From the NCBI RefSeq assembly GCF_009914755.1, contig NC_060938.1: a stretch of DNA of 64,000 nucleotides; one strand, 5' to 3'. The notes below the pieces were generated by a model, which saw nothing but the letters and a program-made list of their open reading frames with translations, was not told the DNA's origin and searched no databases. The stretch comes from the human T2T-CHM13v2.0 reference genome, Homo sapiens. Each line of letters begins with the position of its first letter. The first letter of the stretch is position 1. This document shows, one piece after another, positions 26,486 to 46,786 of the stretch. A program made the translations under genes and the position numbers.

Positions 26486-27029
26486 GTCCACACTGTGGCC
26501 TGAGGTGCATCGCCCACCTGAGCTTCATCTGTTAAGTATGTCAGGGAAGATAAGCAGGGCGAGAGTGGCCTCATCAGAGGACCCCAGATCTCTGGCTTCC
26601 CCATCTGGCAAGTGCACATCTGTGAACAAAGACTTCAGAACCAGATGACAAGAACGGCCCAAGGAGTCCACCAGGGAAACCTGGGCCCAGTGTACATCAA
26701 TGCAGAGCATCAAGCATGGTGTAACAGGTGCACAGTTGCCTATTCCTGTTCAGAGATGACTGCATCCCACACACTGTAAAATGAGGAAATGCAGAGAAGC
26801 AGATGTAACTGAAGAAGACAGGAGGAGCAACAAGGAGGGACAACCACGACCTAGGAAGGCACGATGCCAGAGACGCCTGGACCCCACGCTAGGCTCAGTG
26901 CTTGTTATACTCTTGGGACCCAGTGCTTTCCCTCTCCATCATGTGGCATACTTGGCATTATTTCTTGTTTAAAATATTGTCCTTAGTTTTCACCTTTCCT
27001 AGGAGACACAGGCAGATCCTGTGACACTA

Positions 27030-27510
27030 CACTGTCTGGCACACAGTAGGTGCATCACAAACATCTGCCGAGTTCACACACTCTTGCCTTCTCAAACCTT
27101 CTTGTCAAGTCGTCAGTGAAAAGGAATTGCTGATTGAGCAAGAATTAAACTTCTAGAGACTCCTGGATCCACTGAAGTTTGAGACAAGGTGAGATTTGTT
27201 TACTGCCATATTCCTAGCTGATAGCATATTGTAGTCAATTAAAAAATGTTCGTTGAATCAGTGAGTGAATTGATTCATATGTCATACTTAGCTATATATT
27301 TTCTGAGTAAAATTGATAAATTTAATAGTTTACTTCTATTATAATTTTACTTTACTTATTCAACGAACCTGACAATTCAACTAGGTGCCAGGTACACCGC
27401 TGCTGAACAAAAAGAGGTATAAGATACAACTTCTGTCTACAAGAAAGCCACGGTCTAAAGAGTAGAAACATATGAACAAATCATAACAATAAACAGGCTG
27501 AATTCAAAAT
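27030..27510. mobile_element. Highly decayed L2-like fragments
   Basis: CTGGCACACAGTAGGTGC and AAATGTTCGTTGAATCAGTGAGTGAAT resemble L2 3' ends. Confidence 0.5.
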
Positions 27511-28244
27511 CAGAGGGGTTTGTTTCTATTTTAAACAGCTCTAGTCAGGAAGTGTTAGAAAGTTCTAAACAGGAAATGTTCCAACACACCATCCAAGCAT
27601 GAAGCAGAAGACACCCATAATTGAGTTTGCTGCCACCAACCCCAAGAGCAAGAATTCCAGTCCTGCTGCTGCAAAGTAAGTGTCACTCTGATTTTATTAC
27701 TGCTGTGTAACCCAGTTTTAGACCCTTTGGTTGTCACTTAATATTCTAAAAAATATCAAAGAGAAAATATTATTATGGTGATGAGCCCATCCACTGCAGC
27801 CATCTCAACATCATACCAATTATAAGGCCTATCATTTAAAAAGAAAAATGTTAGTTTAACTTATTTATCCAAATATCAGTATTAGATAAACATGTTTGTC
27901 ATCAGACTTTGGATTTATGGGTTAAATGGCATAAAAATATGATTAGAGCCTTAAAGTTTACACTTCTCTGGTTTGCTCAAATTTTTTGCAAAATAGCATA
28001 TGCCTTTCTAAAAAATTGTTAGTATTTTTTTAAAATGAACATTAAAATATATATTTTCCAAAAACAAAATACAGCTCCCATTGGCAAATGGTGATGTTGA
28101 GATACAACAGACAACTTCTCTTGGGAACCATTTAATCAGTGCTCACTTTTGCACTCTTTCCAGAAATGTCAATGCCTTTAAAATGTGGAAGTATATTATA
28201 CAACTAAACTTACACTTATTCAGTATTGTGCAACATTTAGTACT

Positions 28245-28791
28245 TGTTCTAGCTATCTCTTGCTGAATAGTAAGCCATTCCAAAACTTAAGGAGTTATTT
28301 ATAGTTTAATATTGTTTATTGTTATTGTTAAGTGATTATAAATAATGTTATTTCTCATGGTTTTGTGGGTTGATGGGCACTACAAAAGTTCTCTTTTGGA
28401 GTCTTTCTTGCAGTTGCGGTTGGTTGGCTGCTGCTGAACTCACCTGAAAGCTCAACTAGGCTAAAGAGCCTAGACGGGTCACTTACATGGCTGGCAGTGC
28501 ATATTGGCTGCTGGGTGTGATGCCTATCTGACCTCTCCATGTTATCTGGAGTGCTCACAACTTGGTAGTTGGTCCCAAAGCACACAGGCAAATACCACAA
28601 AGCTTCTTAGGACCTAGCCTTGGAAGTCCTAAAATACAACTTCTGCTCCATCCTATTGGTAAAGCAAGTCATTGTGACCAGCACAGATTCAAGAAATGGG
28701 AGATTCGACTCTAACTGTCAATGTAAAGAGCAGCATGTGCATGCAGGAAGGAAAGAAATTAAGGGCACCATCTCGAAGACTATCATATCAC
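28245..28791 (-). mobile_element. MLT1-type (MaLR) solo LTR, ancient
   Basis: MLT1 motifs CACTTACATGGCTGGCAG, CTTCTGCTCCATCCTATTGGTAAAGCAAGTCA and CAGCACAGATTCAAG. Confidence 0.7.
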
Positions 28792-29410
28792 ACCATTACT
28801 CCAACTAATGAACATTATGTTTTAGATGGGTAGTACTAGCTACTCATCTCTCCCCCAGAAACCCAACTAAGCATGGACATATTGAAGAGAATGTCAGCAC
28901 CATTAAAAAAAACTCTAGAAAAATCACATGTGATGACTGAGGTTAATTCAGTCTGTCAATTACATCAATATAATTCCCTTCTTGTAACCCTAAATATGGT
29001 GAAGCAGAATTGAATTCTACAAAAGTCTTTCATCTGTTTTCCTGTGGAATAATTAACAAACCCAATGAATGTATAAATAACATGAAGTCCGATTTATTTT
29101 AGATTTTTAACTCTTAATTTCAAAGCTTATAGAAATCCATAGAACTAATCATCATAATCCACAATGCCTGGACCAGAAGTCCTTGTTCTAAGAGTATCTT
29201 GTGGCATGCTAAAAACTTATTACTAACTAGGAAATTTAAAACTTTTTGTTAGTGATTTTAAGAGAGCTGACTAGCTCATCACCACAATTCACACAGAGTA
29301 AGAATGGAGATTACTCTGCTGAGTGGATTGATAGTGATCGAAAAAAATCACAAAAGAGGAAAGGAGATAGCGAAGGGGAAACATACTGTCAATCCCTACA
29401 ACTAAAGTGA

Positions 29411-29784
<374 letters not shown>

Positions 29785-30645
29785 CATCTTCTTTTAAGAA
29801 GTGTCTGCTTATATCCCTTGTCAATGTTTTAATGGAGTTGTTTTTTTAATGTTCACCTTCACTAATCATCAGAGAAATGCAAATCAATGTGAGATACCAT
29901 CTCATATTAGTCAGAATGGCTACTATTAAAAAGTAAAAAAACAACAAATTCTTGTTAGACTTCAGAGAAAATGAAATGCTTATACACTGTTGTTGAGAAT
30001 GTAAATTAGTTCAGCCACTGTGAAAAGCAGTTTGGAGATTTTTCAAAGAATTTAAAACAGAAGTTCCATTCAACCAGCAATTCCATTACTGAGTACATGT
30101 CCAAAATAAAATTAAAAATTCTACAAAAAGAAACCCCACATGCACTTGCATATGCGTCATCTTGCTATTCACAATAGAGAAGGCATGGAATTAACTTATG
30201 TGTTAATCAATAAATTGGATAGAAATATGTGCCACATATACACCATAAAATACTATGCACACATTAAAAAGAATACAATCATGTCCTGTGCAGCAACATG
30301 CATACGTCTGGAGGCCATTATCATAGGGAAATTAATACAGGAACAGAAAACCAAATACCACATGTTCTTGCCTATAAGTAGGATCTAAACATGGGGTACT
30401 CAGGAATATAAAGATGACAACAATAGACACTGAGAACTACTAGATGAAGGAGGGAAGGAGGAGGGCAGGGGGTGAGAAACTATGAGTGCTATGCTTACTG
30501 CCTAGGTGATGGGATCAAATGTATCCCACAATATATGCTCACTACCTTGGTGATGGGACCAATAATATCCCACATTGCTCAGCATCACACAATATATCCA
30601 TGTAATAAACATGCAAATATACTCGGTGAATCTAAAAAAATTAAG
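29785..30645 (+). mobile_element. Older L1P 3' end with a short inverted 5' segment
   Basis: 29,848-30,645 is L1 ORF2 C-terminus and 3' UTR. 29,785-29,847 is the reverse complement of L1 sequence lying just upstream of that segment. Confidence 0.8.
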
Positions 30646-33449
30646 GCAGAGACAGAATAAGAGGGCAGAATAGAAGCCTACATTCTCATCCACCACACAA
30701 AAACACCAAATTTTCACAACTCACTACATTCAAGAAGCACTGTCAAAGGGACCAAAAATTGGGTGAGCAATCACAGTACCTGGTATTAACTTCATATCAC
30801 TGAAACAGACATTGGAGAAGACAAATAAATAAAAGATGATCTAGAAGCAAGTATGCCACCTCTTTTTCAACCACCAGTAGTGGCTACATCGTGCAGAGAT
30901 AGTATGTTTGGGAGAGGGAGAGCATAGTTTGTGAGGCTTTGCAATAAACTCAGTACTACCCTGTCACAGTGAAAAGCAGAACCAGACTGTACTCAGCTGA
31001 CATCTCCCAATGGGGGAAGCACTTGTATTGGCCTTACAAAGAGGAAAACCTCCCATCCCAGTATTGGGAGCTTCAGTTTTTGCAAGTCTTGCCATCATGA
31101 GTTGACGTGCTATTGGACTCTAAGAGAACTTAAGGGGAATTCTAAGCCACAAGGACTTCAATTATTAGGCAAGTCATATTCCGAGCTGGGCTCAGAGCCA
31201 GTGGAATGTGGAGGGTGGGGAGAATGGAGTCTACTGAGACAGCAGCCAGAGAAGCAAAGGGAGTGCTCACAACACCACTCCCCCACTCCCACCTAGCAGC
31301 AGCCACACAACACAGAGAAACCTGTGAATTTGGGAGAGGGAGAGCACAGTGACTGGAGGACTTTGCATTAAACTCAGTGCTGCCATGTCAGTAAAGATCT
31401 GGCAGAATTCATCACCTGCTGACTAAAGAACCCCTGTACCCAGAATAAAAAACAGTGACAACCAGGTAATACACCATGGGCATTGGGCTCTGAGAAGCGC
31501 CAACTTCAAGTGTGACCCAGTACATTTCCAGCTGTGGGATCTATGGTGAAAGACTTCTGTTTGAGAAAAGCAGGGGGGAAAGTAAAGGGACCTCTGTGTT
31601 GCACCTGAGATGCCAGCTCAACCACAGTGGGGTAGAGCACCAAGCGGATTCTTAGAGTCCCTGAGTCCAGGCCTAAGGTCTTCTTGGTCAGCATTTCTGC
31701 ACTTGCCCTGGGCCAAAGGTCGAGTCCCAGACATTGCAGAATTTATCACAAGCTAATTAAAGAGTGCTTGGGCTTTAAGTGAGAAAGTGATGATGATTTG
31801 GTGGAAACCCCCCATGGGCCAGTAGTGTTGGCAGTCATAGAAGAGGCTCTTCTGCCTGCAGACAGGGCAAGGGAGAGTAGAAAATATTTTGTCTTATTCC
31901 TTAAGTGCCAGGTTAGCTACAGTAAAATAGAAGAGCAGGTAAATTTTGAAGATTCTATGCTTTAATCTCTGGCTCCCAGGTAGCATCTGTGGACCCACTC
32001 ATGGCTAGGGGAACTTGCCACCCTATAGGCAGAGATACAAACCTGGCTGGCTTTGCCACATATTAATCACAGAGTCCTAGGGCTTTGAATAAACATATGG
32101 TAGCCAAGTAGTGTTGCAGTGGGCCTTGCGTGAGACCAAGTTCTGTGCCTACTTCAGGTGTGAACCAGCACAGTCTCAGTGGTGGTGGCCACAGGCGTGC
32201 TTATGTTACCCCAACCCCAGCTTCACATGTCTCAGCACAGAAAGAGAGACTGCTGATTTGAGGGAATGGAAGGGAAGAGAACAAGAGTTTTTATTTGATA
32301 AATCAAGAGAATTTTTCTTGATGTTAATTCAAGGCCACCAAGGCATACCTCTATGTGTTTGCATAAACTACTGTGCTATTGGGTTTGGGACCCAAGTTGC
32401 TTTGAATACCTGGAAAGTGTTCCCAAAGATAATGGGCACTAACAAGCCCAGACTGTGAAGACTACAGTAAAGACTGAACTGTTCAATGCCCAGATACAGA
32501 TGAACATCTACATGTATCAAGGCCATCCAGGAAAACATGACCTCACCAAACAAGCCAAGTAAAGCACCAGGGACAAATCCTGGAAAAACAGAGATATGTG
32601 ACCTTTCATACAGGAAATCCAAAATAGCTGGTTGTGGTAATTCAAAGAAATGTACAATATAACACAGAGAAGGAATTCAAAATTCTATCAGATAAATTTA
32701 ACAATGAGATTGAAATAAAAGAATAAAGCAGATATTCTGAAGTTAAATTGCTGTTGTCATACTGAAGAATGGATCAGAATTACTTAAAAGAATTGACCAA
32801 GAAGAAGATAGATTTAGCGAACTTGAAGTCAGACTGTTTAAAAATACAAAGTCAGAGGAGACAAAAAGGAAAAAAAATAAAGCATGCCTATAGAATTTAA
32901 AAAATAGCCCCAAAATAGCAAATCTAAGAGTTATTGGCCTTAAAGAGGAGGTAAAAAAAGAGATGAGTTGAACATTTATTTAAATAAATAATATTAAATC
33001 ATATTAAACAATTCCTCAACATTTGATATCAATATTCGAGTAACAAAAAGTTACAGAACATAAAGCAGATTTAACCCAAAGAAGACGACCTCAAGGCGCT
33101 TTAACTGAACTCCCAAAAGTTAAGGATAAAGAAATGATTCTAAAAGCATCGAGAGAAGAGAAACAAATAACTTTCAGTGGAACTCCAATACATCTGACAG
33201 CAGACTTTTCAGGGGAAAATTTACAGGCTGGGAGACTGGCATGACATATTAAAAGCTGAAGAAAAAAAAGACTTTTACTTTAGAATAATGTCTCAGGCAA
33301 AAACGGCCTTTAAACTTGATGGGAAAATAAGAACTTTTTCCGACAAAAAAAAACTGAGGGATTTCATTAACACCAGACCTGTCCTACAAGAAATGCTAAA
33401 GGGATATCTTAACCTAAAAGAAAAAAAGTTAGCGAGCAAGAAGAAATCA

Positions 33450-36088
<2,639 letters not shown>

Positions 36089-36151
36089 TATGATGTTAGC
36101 TGGTTATTTTGCTCGTTAGTTGATGCAGTTTCTTCCTAGCATCGATGATCT

Positions 36152-37164
36152 TTACAATTTGGCGTTTTTGCCGTGACTGGTACCAGTTGTTCCTTTCCAT
36201 GTTTAGTGTTTCCTTCAGGAGCTCTTTTAGGGCAGGTCTGGTGGTGACAAAATCTCTCAGCATTTGCTTGTCTGTAAAGGATTTTATTTCTCCTTCACTT
36301 ATGAAGCTTAGTTTGGCTGGAAATGAAATTTTGGGCTGAAAATTCTTTTCTTTAAGAATGATGAATATTGGCCCCACTCACTTCTGGCTTGTAGAGTTTC
36401 TGCCGAGAGATCAGCTGTTAGTCTGATGAGCTTCCCTTTGTGGGTAACCTGACCTTTGTCTCTGGCTGCCCTTAACATTTTTTCCTCATTTCAACTTTGG
36501 TGAATCTGACAATTATGTGTCCTGGAGTTGCTCTTCTCAAGGAGTATCTTTGTGGCATTCTCTGTATTTCCTGAATGTGAATGTTGGCCTGCCTTGCTAG
36601 ATTGGGGAAGTTCTCCTGGATAATATCTTGCAGAGTGCTTTACAACTTGCTTCCATTCTCCCCGTCACTTTCAGGTACACCAATCAGACGTAGATTTGGT
36701 CTTTTCCCATAGTCCCATATTTCTTGGAGGCTTTGTTCATTTCTTTTTGTTCCTTTTTCTCTTAACTTCTCTTCTCGCTTCATTTTATTCATTTCATCTT
36801 CCATCACTGATACCCTTTCTTCCAGTTGATCGAATCGGCTACTGAGGCTTCGGCATTCATCACTTAGTTTTCATGCCATGGTTTTCAGCTCCATCAGGTC
36901 CTTTAAGGACTTCTCTGCATTGATTATTCTACTTAGCCATTCATCTAACTTTTTTTCAAGGTTTTTAACTTCTTTGCCATGGGTTCAGACTTTCTCCTTT
37001 AGCTTGGAGTAGTTTAATCATCTGAAGCCTTCTTCTCTCAACTCCTCAAAGTCATTCTCCTTCCAGCCTTGTTCCGTTGCTGGTGAGGAGCTGCGTTCCT
37101 TTGGAGGAGGAGAGGAGCTCTGATTTTTAGAGTTTCCAGTTTTTCTGCTCTGTTTTTTCCCCAT
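36152..37164 (-). pseudogene. L1 ORF1 pseudogene (disrupted)
   Basis: ATG GGG AAA AAA CAG at 37,164. The C-terminal piece LKEKNFQPKISFPAKLSF is in ORF 36096..36377. No continuous 338-aa frame. Confidence 0.9.
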
Positions 37165-40082
37165 ATTTGTGGTTTTATCTACCTTTGGTCTTTGATGATG
37201 GTGACGTACAGATGGGTTTTTGGCGTGGATGTCCTTTCTGTTTGTTAGTTTTCCTTCTTACAGTCAGAACCCTCAGCTGCAGGTCTGTTGGAGTTTGCTG
37301 GAGGTCCACTCCTGACCCTGTTTACCTGGGTATCAGCAGCGGTGGCTGCAGAACAATGGATATTGGTGAAGTGCAAATGCTGCTGCTTGATCGTTCCTCT
37401 GGAAGTTTTGTCTCAAAGGATTACCCGGCCATGTTAGGTGTCAGTCTGCCCCTACTGTGGGTGCCTCCCAGTTAGGCTACTAGGGGTTCAGGGACCCAGT
37501 TGAGGAGGCAGTCTGCCCATTCTCAGATCTCCAGTTGCATGCTGGGAGAATCACTACTCTCTTCAAAGCTGTCAGACAGGGACATTAAAATCTGCAGAGG
37601 TTTCTGCTGCCTTTTGTTTGGCTATGCCCTACTCCCAGAGGTGGAGTCTACAGAGGCAGGCAGGCCTCCTTGAGCTGAAGTGGGCTCCACCCAGTTCAAG
37701 CTTCCCGGCTGCTTTACCTACTCAAGCCTCGGCAATGGCAGGGGACCCTCCCCAAGCCTCACTGCCACCTTGCAGTTTGATCTCAGACTGCTGTGCTAGC
37801 AATGAGTGAGGCTCTGTGGGCGTAGGACCCTCCAAGCCAGGCATGAGATATAATCTCCTGGTGTGCCATTTGCTAAGACCATTGGAAAAGTGCAGTATTA
37901 GGGTGGGAGTGACCCAATTTTCCAGGTGCCGTCTGTCACCCCTTTCTTTGACTAGCAGAGGGAATTCCCTGACCCCTTGTGCTTCCTGGGTGAGGTGATG
38001 TCTCACCCTGCTTCTGCTCATGCTCAGTGCACTGCACCCACTGTGCTGCACCCTCTGTCTGACACTCCCCAGTGAGATGAACCCGGTACCACATTTGGAA
38101 ATGCAGAACTCACCCATCTTCTGTGTCGCTCATTCTGGGAGCTGTAGATTGGAGCTGTTGCTATTTGGCCATCTTGGCTCCAACCTCTGTTTTGCTTGTT
38201 TCTTTGTTTATGCAACCAGTGTTAAATTGTCCACAGTCTAAAATCATGTATTATATTATTTTCAAGCCTCATGGTAATTTCAAATCAAAAGGTGTACCAA
38301 AGATGTACAAAAAGTAAAAAGCAAGAAATTAGATTATAATTCAAGAGAAATCACCTTCACTAAAAGGAAGACAGGAAGAAAGGAAAGAAGGAAGAGAGGG
38401 CAAAAATCAATCAGAAAACAAATGAAAAATGGCAGGAGTAAGTGCTTATCACTGATAACATTGAATTTAAATGAACTAAGTACTCCAGTCAAAAGAAAAA
38501 TAGTGGATGAATGGATAGAGAAGCAGGACAATAATCTGTGACCTACAAAAAAAACACACTTTACCTACAAAGATACATTTAGACTGAAAACAAAAGGATG
38601 GAAAAAGTTATCCCATGCCAATAGAGACCAAAAAAAGCAGAAATAGCCATACTTATACCAGACAAAAATAGATTTCCACAAAAGACTGTAGGAAGAAATT
38701 AAAAGGTCGTTATATAATAATAAAGAGATCAATTCATCAAGAGGATATAATAATTGAAAATATATATGCACCCAACACTAAAGCACCTAGATAAATGAAG
38801 CAAATATTATGAGCTAAAGAAAGAGACCTCAATACAATAATGGCTGGACACTTCAACACCCCACTTTAGTCATTAGGTAGACCTTCCAGACAGAAAATAA
38901 ACAAAGAAACATCAGACTTAATCTGTACTATAGAACAAATGAACCTAATAGATATTTACAGAAAATTTCATCCAACAGCTGCAGAATACACATTCTTCTC
39001 CTCAGCACATGCATTATTTTCAAGGATAGACCATATGTTAAGGAACAAGTCTAAAAACATTCCAAAAAATTGAAGTAATATCAAGCATTTTCTCTGACTA
39101 CAGGGGATAAAACTAGATATCAATTAAAAAAGGAATTTAAGAAACTATATAAACACATGGGCATTAAGCAGTATGCTCCTGAATGATTAGTAGGTTGATA
39201 AAAATGTTAAGAAGAAAATAGAAAAATTTCTTGAAACAAATGATAATGGAAACATAGCATAGAAAAACCTATGGAATATAGTTAAAGAGGTACTATTATA
39301 AAAGGAAAATTTATAACTGTAAGTGCCTACATAAAAAACAGAAAAGCTTCAAATAAATAACCTAACAATACATCTTAATTAACTAGAATAAAAGACCAAA
39401 CCTAACCCAAAATTAGAAGAAAAGAAATAATAAAGATTAGAGCAGAAGTAGATAAAGTTAAAATGACGAAAATAATGTAAAGAATTAATGAAAGAAAATG
39501 TTGATTTTTGAAAAGTAAAACAATTGACAAATATTTAAACAGGCTAACTAAAAAACAGAAAAGATACAAATTAGTAAAATCAGAGGTGAAAAAGGAGACA
39601 TTACAAATAATGCTTCAGAAAAGCAAAGGATCATTAGTAAATAATATCAGCAATTGTATGCCAACAAATTAGAAAACCTAGAGGAAATTAATTCTTAGAC
39701 ACACACAACTTACCAAGATTTAACTAGGAAAAAAATCTAAAACCTGAACAGATCAATAACTATTAACAAAATTAAAGCCTTAATAAAAAAAGTCTGTAGG
39801 ACCAGACTGAAAACTAGAGAAGGAAAGAACATTTCCAAAGTCATTCTTTGAGGCTAGTATTACCCTGATATCAAAACCAGACAAAGACACATTAAAAAAA
39901 GGGAACGACAGGCCCATATCTGAGAATATTGGTGGAAAAATTTGCAAAACACCTAACAAACTGAATTAAGCAATACATAAATAGGTAATTCATAATGACC
40001 AAGTGGGATTTATCTCAGGGACGTAAGGATGGGTCAACATGCAAATCAATCGATGTGATAGATCACATAAAGAGAATGAAGG

Positions 40083-40394
40083 GGCCAGGCACAGTGGCTC
40101 ACACCTGAAATCCCAGCAATTTAGGAAGCTGAGGTGGGCGGATCACCTGAGGTCAGGAGTTTAAAACCAGTCTGGCCAACAGGGCGAAGCCCCGTCTCTA
40201 CTAAAATTACAAAAATTAGCCAGGTGTGGTGGTGGGCACCTGTGATCCCAGCTACTCAGGAGGCTGAAGAAGAAGAATCACTTGAACCTGGGAGGCAGAG
40301 TTTGCATTGAGCTGAGATCATGCCATTGCCCTCCAGCCTGGGTGACAGAGGGAGACTTCATCTCAAAAAAATAAAACAAAACAAAACAAAACAA
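40083..40394 (+). mobile_element. AluS (Sx-like)
   Basis: Dimeric Alu with GGATCACCTGAGGTCAGG and an (AAAAC)n tail. Confidence 0.93.
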
Positions 40395-42682
40395 GGACAA
40401 AATCCATATAATCATTTCAATTATGCTAAAAAATTTTTGATAAAATTTAATAGTCTTTAATAATAAAAAAACCCTTTAAAAACTGGGTATGGAATGAACA
40501 TACCTCAACATAATAAAAGTCACATTTGACAGACCCACAGCTAGTATCACACTAAGTGGGGAAAAACTAAAAGCCTTTCCTCTAAAATCTGGAAGATGAC
40601 AAGAATGTCCACTTTTACCACTGTTATTCAACATAATGCTGAAAGTCCTATCTGGAGCAATCAGACAGGAGAAAGCAATAAAACGCATCCCAATTGGAAA
40701 ATAAGTCAAATTACCTTTTTTTTTTTTTGCCAATTATATAATCTTATATTGGAAAAAGCATAAAGACTCCTCTGATAGGGTTTGAATGTGTGTCCCCTCC
40801 CAAATTTCATATTTAAATGTAATTCTCAATGTTGGAGATGGGCCTGGTGAAAGGTGATTTAACCATTGGGGTGTATTACTCATAAATGGCTTAGCACCAT
40901 CCCATTTGTTACTATTCTCATGATAGTGAGTGAGTTCCCATAAGATCTGGTTATTCGAAACTGTGTAACAACTCGCCCCTCTGTTTTTTGCTCCTGCTTT
41001 TTGCCCTGTGATGTGCAAGACTCTGCTTCAACTTCTGCCATGACTGTAAACTTCCAGAGACCTCCCCAGGAGCATATTCCAGTGCTATGTCTTCTCTACA
41101 GCCTGTAGAATCATAAGCCACTTAAACCTACTTTGTAAAAAATAAATTATCCAGTCCCACTCTCATAGTGATGCAAAAATAGCTTAATACAGAAAATTGG
41201 CACCAAGGAATGGAAAATGGTTATAAGAATACCCCAAAATGTGGAATCAGCTTTGTAATTGGATAAACAGGCAGAAGTTGGAAGAGTTTGTAGGATTCAG
41301 AAGACAGAAAAATGAGGGAAAGTTGAGATTTTCTTAGAGACTGGTTGAATATCTGTGACCAAAATGCTGATAGTGATCTGTACAGTGAAGCCCGGGCTGA
41401 GGAGGTCTCAGATGAAAACTAGAAACTTATTGGGACTGAAACAAAGGTCATGCATGTTGTCTTAGCAAAGTTGTTGGCTGAATTTCTGTCATGCCCTACG
41501 GATATATAAAAGTTTGAATTTGAAATTGATGATTTAGGGTTTCTGTTGGAAAAATGTCTAAGCAGCAAAGCAGTTGTGATGTGGCCTTGCTGCTTCTAAC
41601 AACCTATGCTCACATGTTCTAGCAAAAAAAATAAAATAAAATAAGTAGTAACTTATACTTACAAAAGAAGCATAGTGTAAAAGCTTGAAAACTTTGCAGC
41701 CTAGTCATGTGGCTGAAATATAAAAAGCTTTTATAAGAGAGGAACTCAAGCAGGATATGTGTCAACTACTTGTTAGAGATATTTGTATAACCTAAAAAAA
41801 AGCAAGTATTGATAGCCAAGGCAATGGGAAAGAGGAATTGAAGGCATTTTAAAAATCTAAAAGGCAGCCCCCCATCACAGGCCCTGAGGCCTAAAAGAAG
41901 AGAATAGTTTCTGGGATCAGACCTAGGACCTGCTGCCTTGGGTAGCTTTGGAACAAGACTCCCTGCTTCCTGGCCACTGCTTCAGCTCCAGGTGTAGCTC
42001 AAATTGACCCAGTTACAACTCCAGTCACTGCTTCAGAGGGTGCAAGCCATAACCTTGGTAGCTTCCATGTGGTGTTAGGCCTGTGGGTTTACCAAATGCA
42101 AGTAGTTGAGACTTGGGAGCCTCCACCTTTATTTCAAAGGATGTATGAAAAAGCCAGGGTGGTAGGAGGAGCCAAGATGGCAGAATAGGAACAGCTCCGG
42201 TCTACAGCTCCCAGCGTGAGGGACGCAGAAGCCGGGTGATTTCTGCATTTCCATCTGAGGTACCGGGTTCATCTCACTAGGGAGTGCCAGACAGTGGGCG
42301 CAGGTCAGTGGGTGTGCTCACCGTGTGCGAGCCGAAGCAGGGCGAGGCATTGCCTCACTTGGGAAGTGCAAGGAGTCAGGGAGTTCCCTTTCTGAGTCAA
42401 AGAAAGGGGTGACAGACGGCACCTGGAAAATCGGGTCACTCCCACCCGAATACTGCGCTTTTCCTAAGGGCTTAAGAAACGGCGCACCCTGAGATTATAA
42501 CCCGCACCTGGCTCGGAGGGTACTATGCCCACGGAGTCTCATTGATTGCTAGCACAGCAGTCTGAGATCAAACTGCAAGGCGGCAGCGAGGCTGGGGGAG
42601 GGGCCCCCGCCATTGCCCAGGCTTGATTAGGTAAACAAAGCAGCTGGGAAGCTCGAACTGGGTGGAGCCCACCACAGCTCAA

Positions 42683-43369
42683 TGCAATCAACTGGAAGAA
42701 AGGGTATCAGCGATGGAAGATGAAATGAATGAAATGAAGCGAGAAGGAAAGTTTAGAGAAAAAAGAATAAAAACAAATGAGCAAAGCCTCCAAGAAATAT
42801 GGGACTATGTGTAAAGACCAAATCTACGTCTGATTGGTGTACCTGAAAGTGATGAGGAGAATGGAACCAAGTTGGAAAACACTCTGCAGGATATTATCCA
42901 GGAGAACTTCCCCAATCTAGCAAGGCAGGCCAACGTTCAGATTCAGGAAATACAGAGAACGCCACAAAGATACTCCTCGCGAAGAGCAACTCCAAGACAC
43001 ATAATTGTCAGATTCACCAAAGTTGAAATGAAGGAAAAAATGTTAAGGGCAGCCAGAGAGAAAGTTCGGGTTACCCTCAAAGGGAAGCCATTCAGACTAA
43101 CAGTGGATCTCTCGGCAGAAACCCTACAAGCCAGAAGAGAGTGGGGGCCAATATTCAACATTCTTAAAGAAAAGAATTTTCAACCCAGAATTTCATATCC
43201 AGCCAAACAAAGCTTCATAAGTGAAGGAGAAATAAAATGCTTTGCAGACAAGCAAATGCTGAGAGATTTTGTCACCACCAGGCCTGCCTTACAAGAGCTC
43301 CTGAAGGAAGCACTAAACATGGAAAGGAACAACCGGTACCAGCCGCTGCAAAATCATGCCAAAATGTAA
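42683..43369 (+). pseudogene. L1 ORF1 remnant (N-terminus deleted, in-frame TAA at ~42,812)
   Basis: ORF 42872..43369 is ORF1p RRM/CTD (ENTLQDIIQENFPNLARQ...QNHAKM). Upstream GACTATGTGTAA replaces consensus ...GTGAAA. Confidence 0.93.
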
Positions 43370-43417
43370 AGACCATCGAGACAAGGAAGAAACTGCATCA
43401 ACTAACGAGCAAAATAA

Positions 43418-46786
<3,369 letters not shown>

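Noticed and set aside
30490-30573. About 44-bp tandem duplication in an L1 3' UTR
   Set aside because: Ordinary local slippage duplication with no further structure.
30907-31392. Repeated TTTGGGAGAGGGAGAGCA...AAACTCAGT motif about 420 bp apart
   Set aside because: Internal repeats are a normal feature of old L1 5' UTRs.
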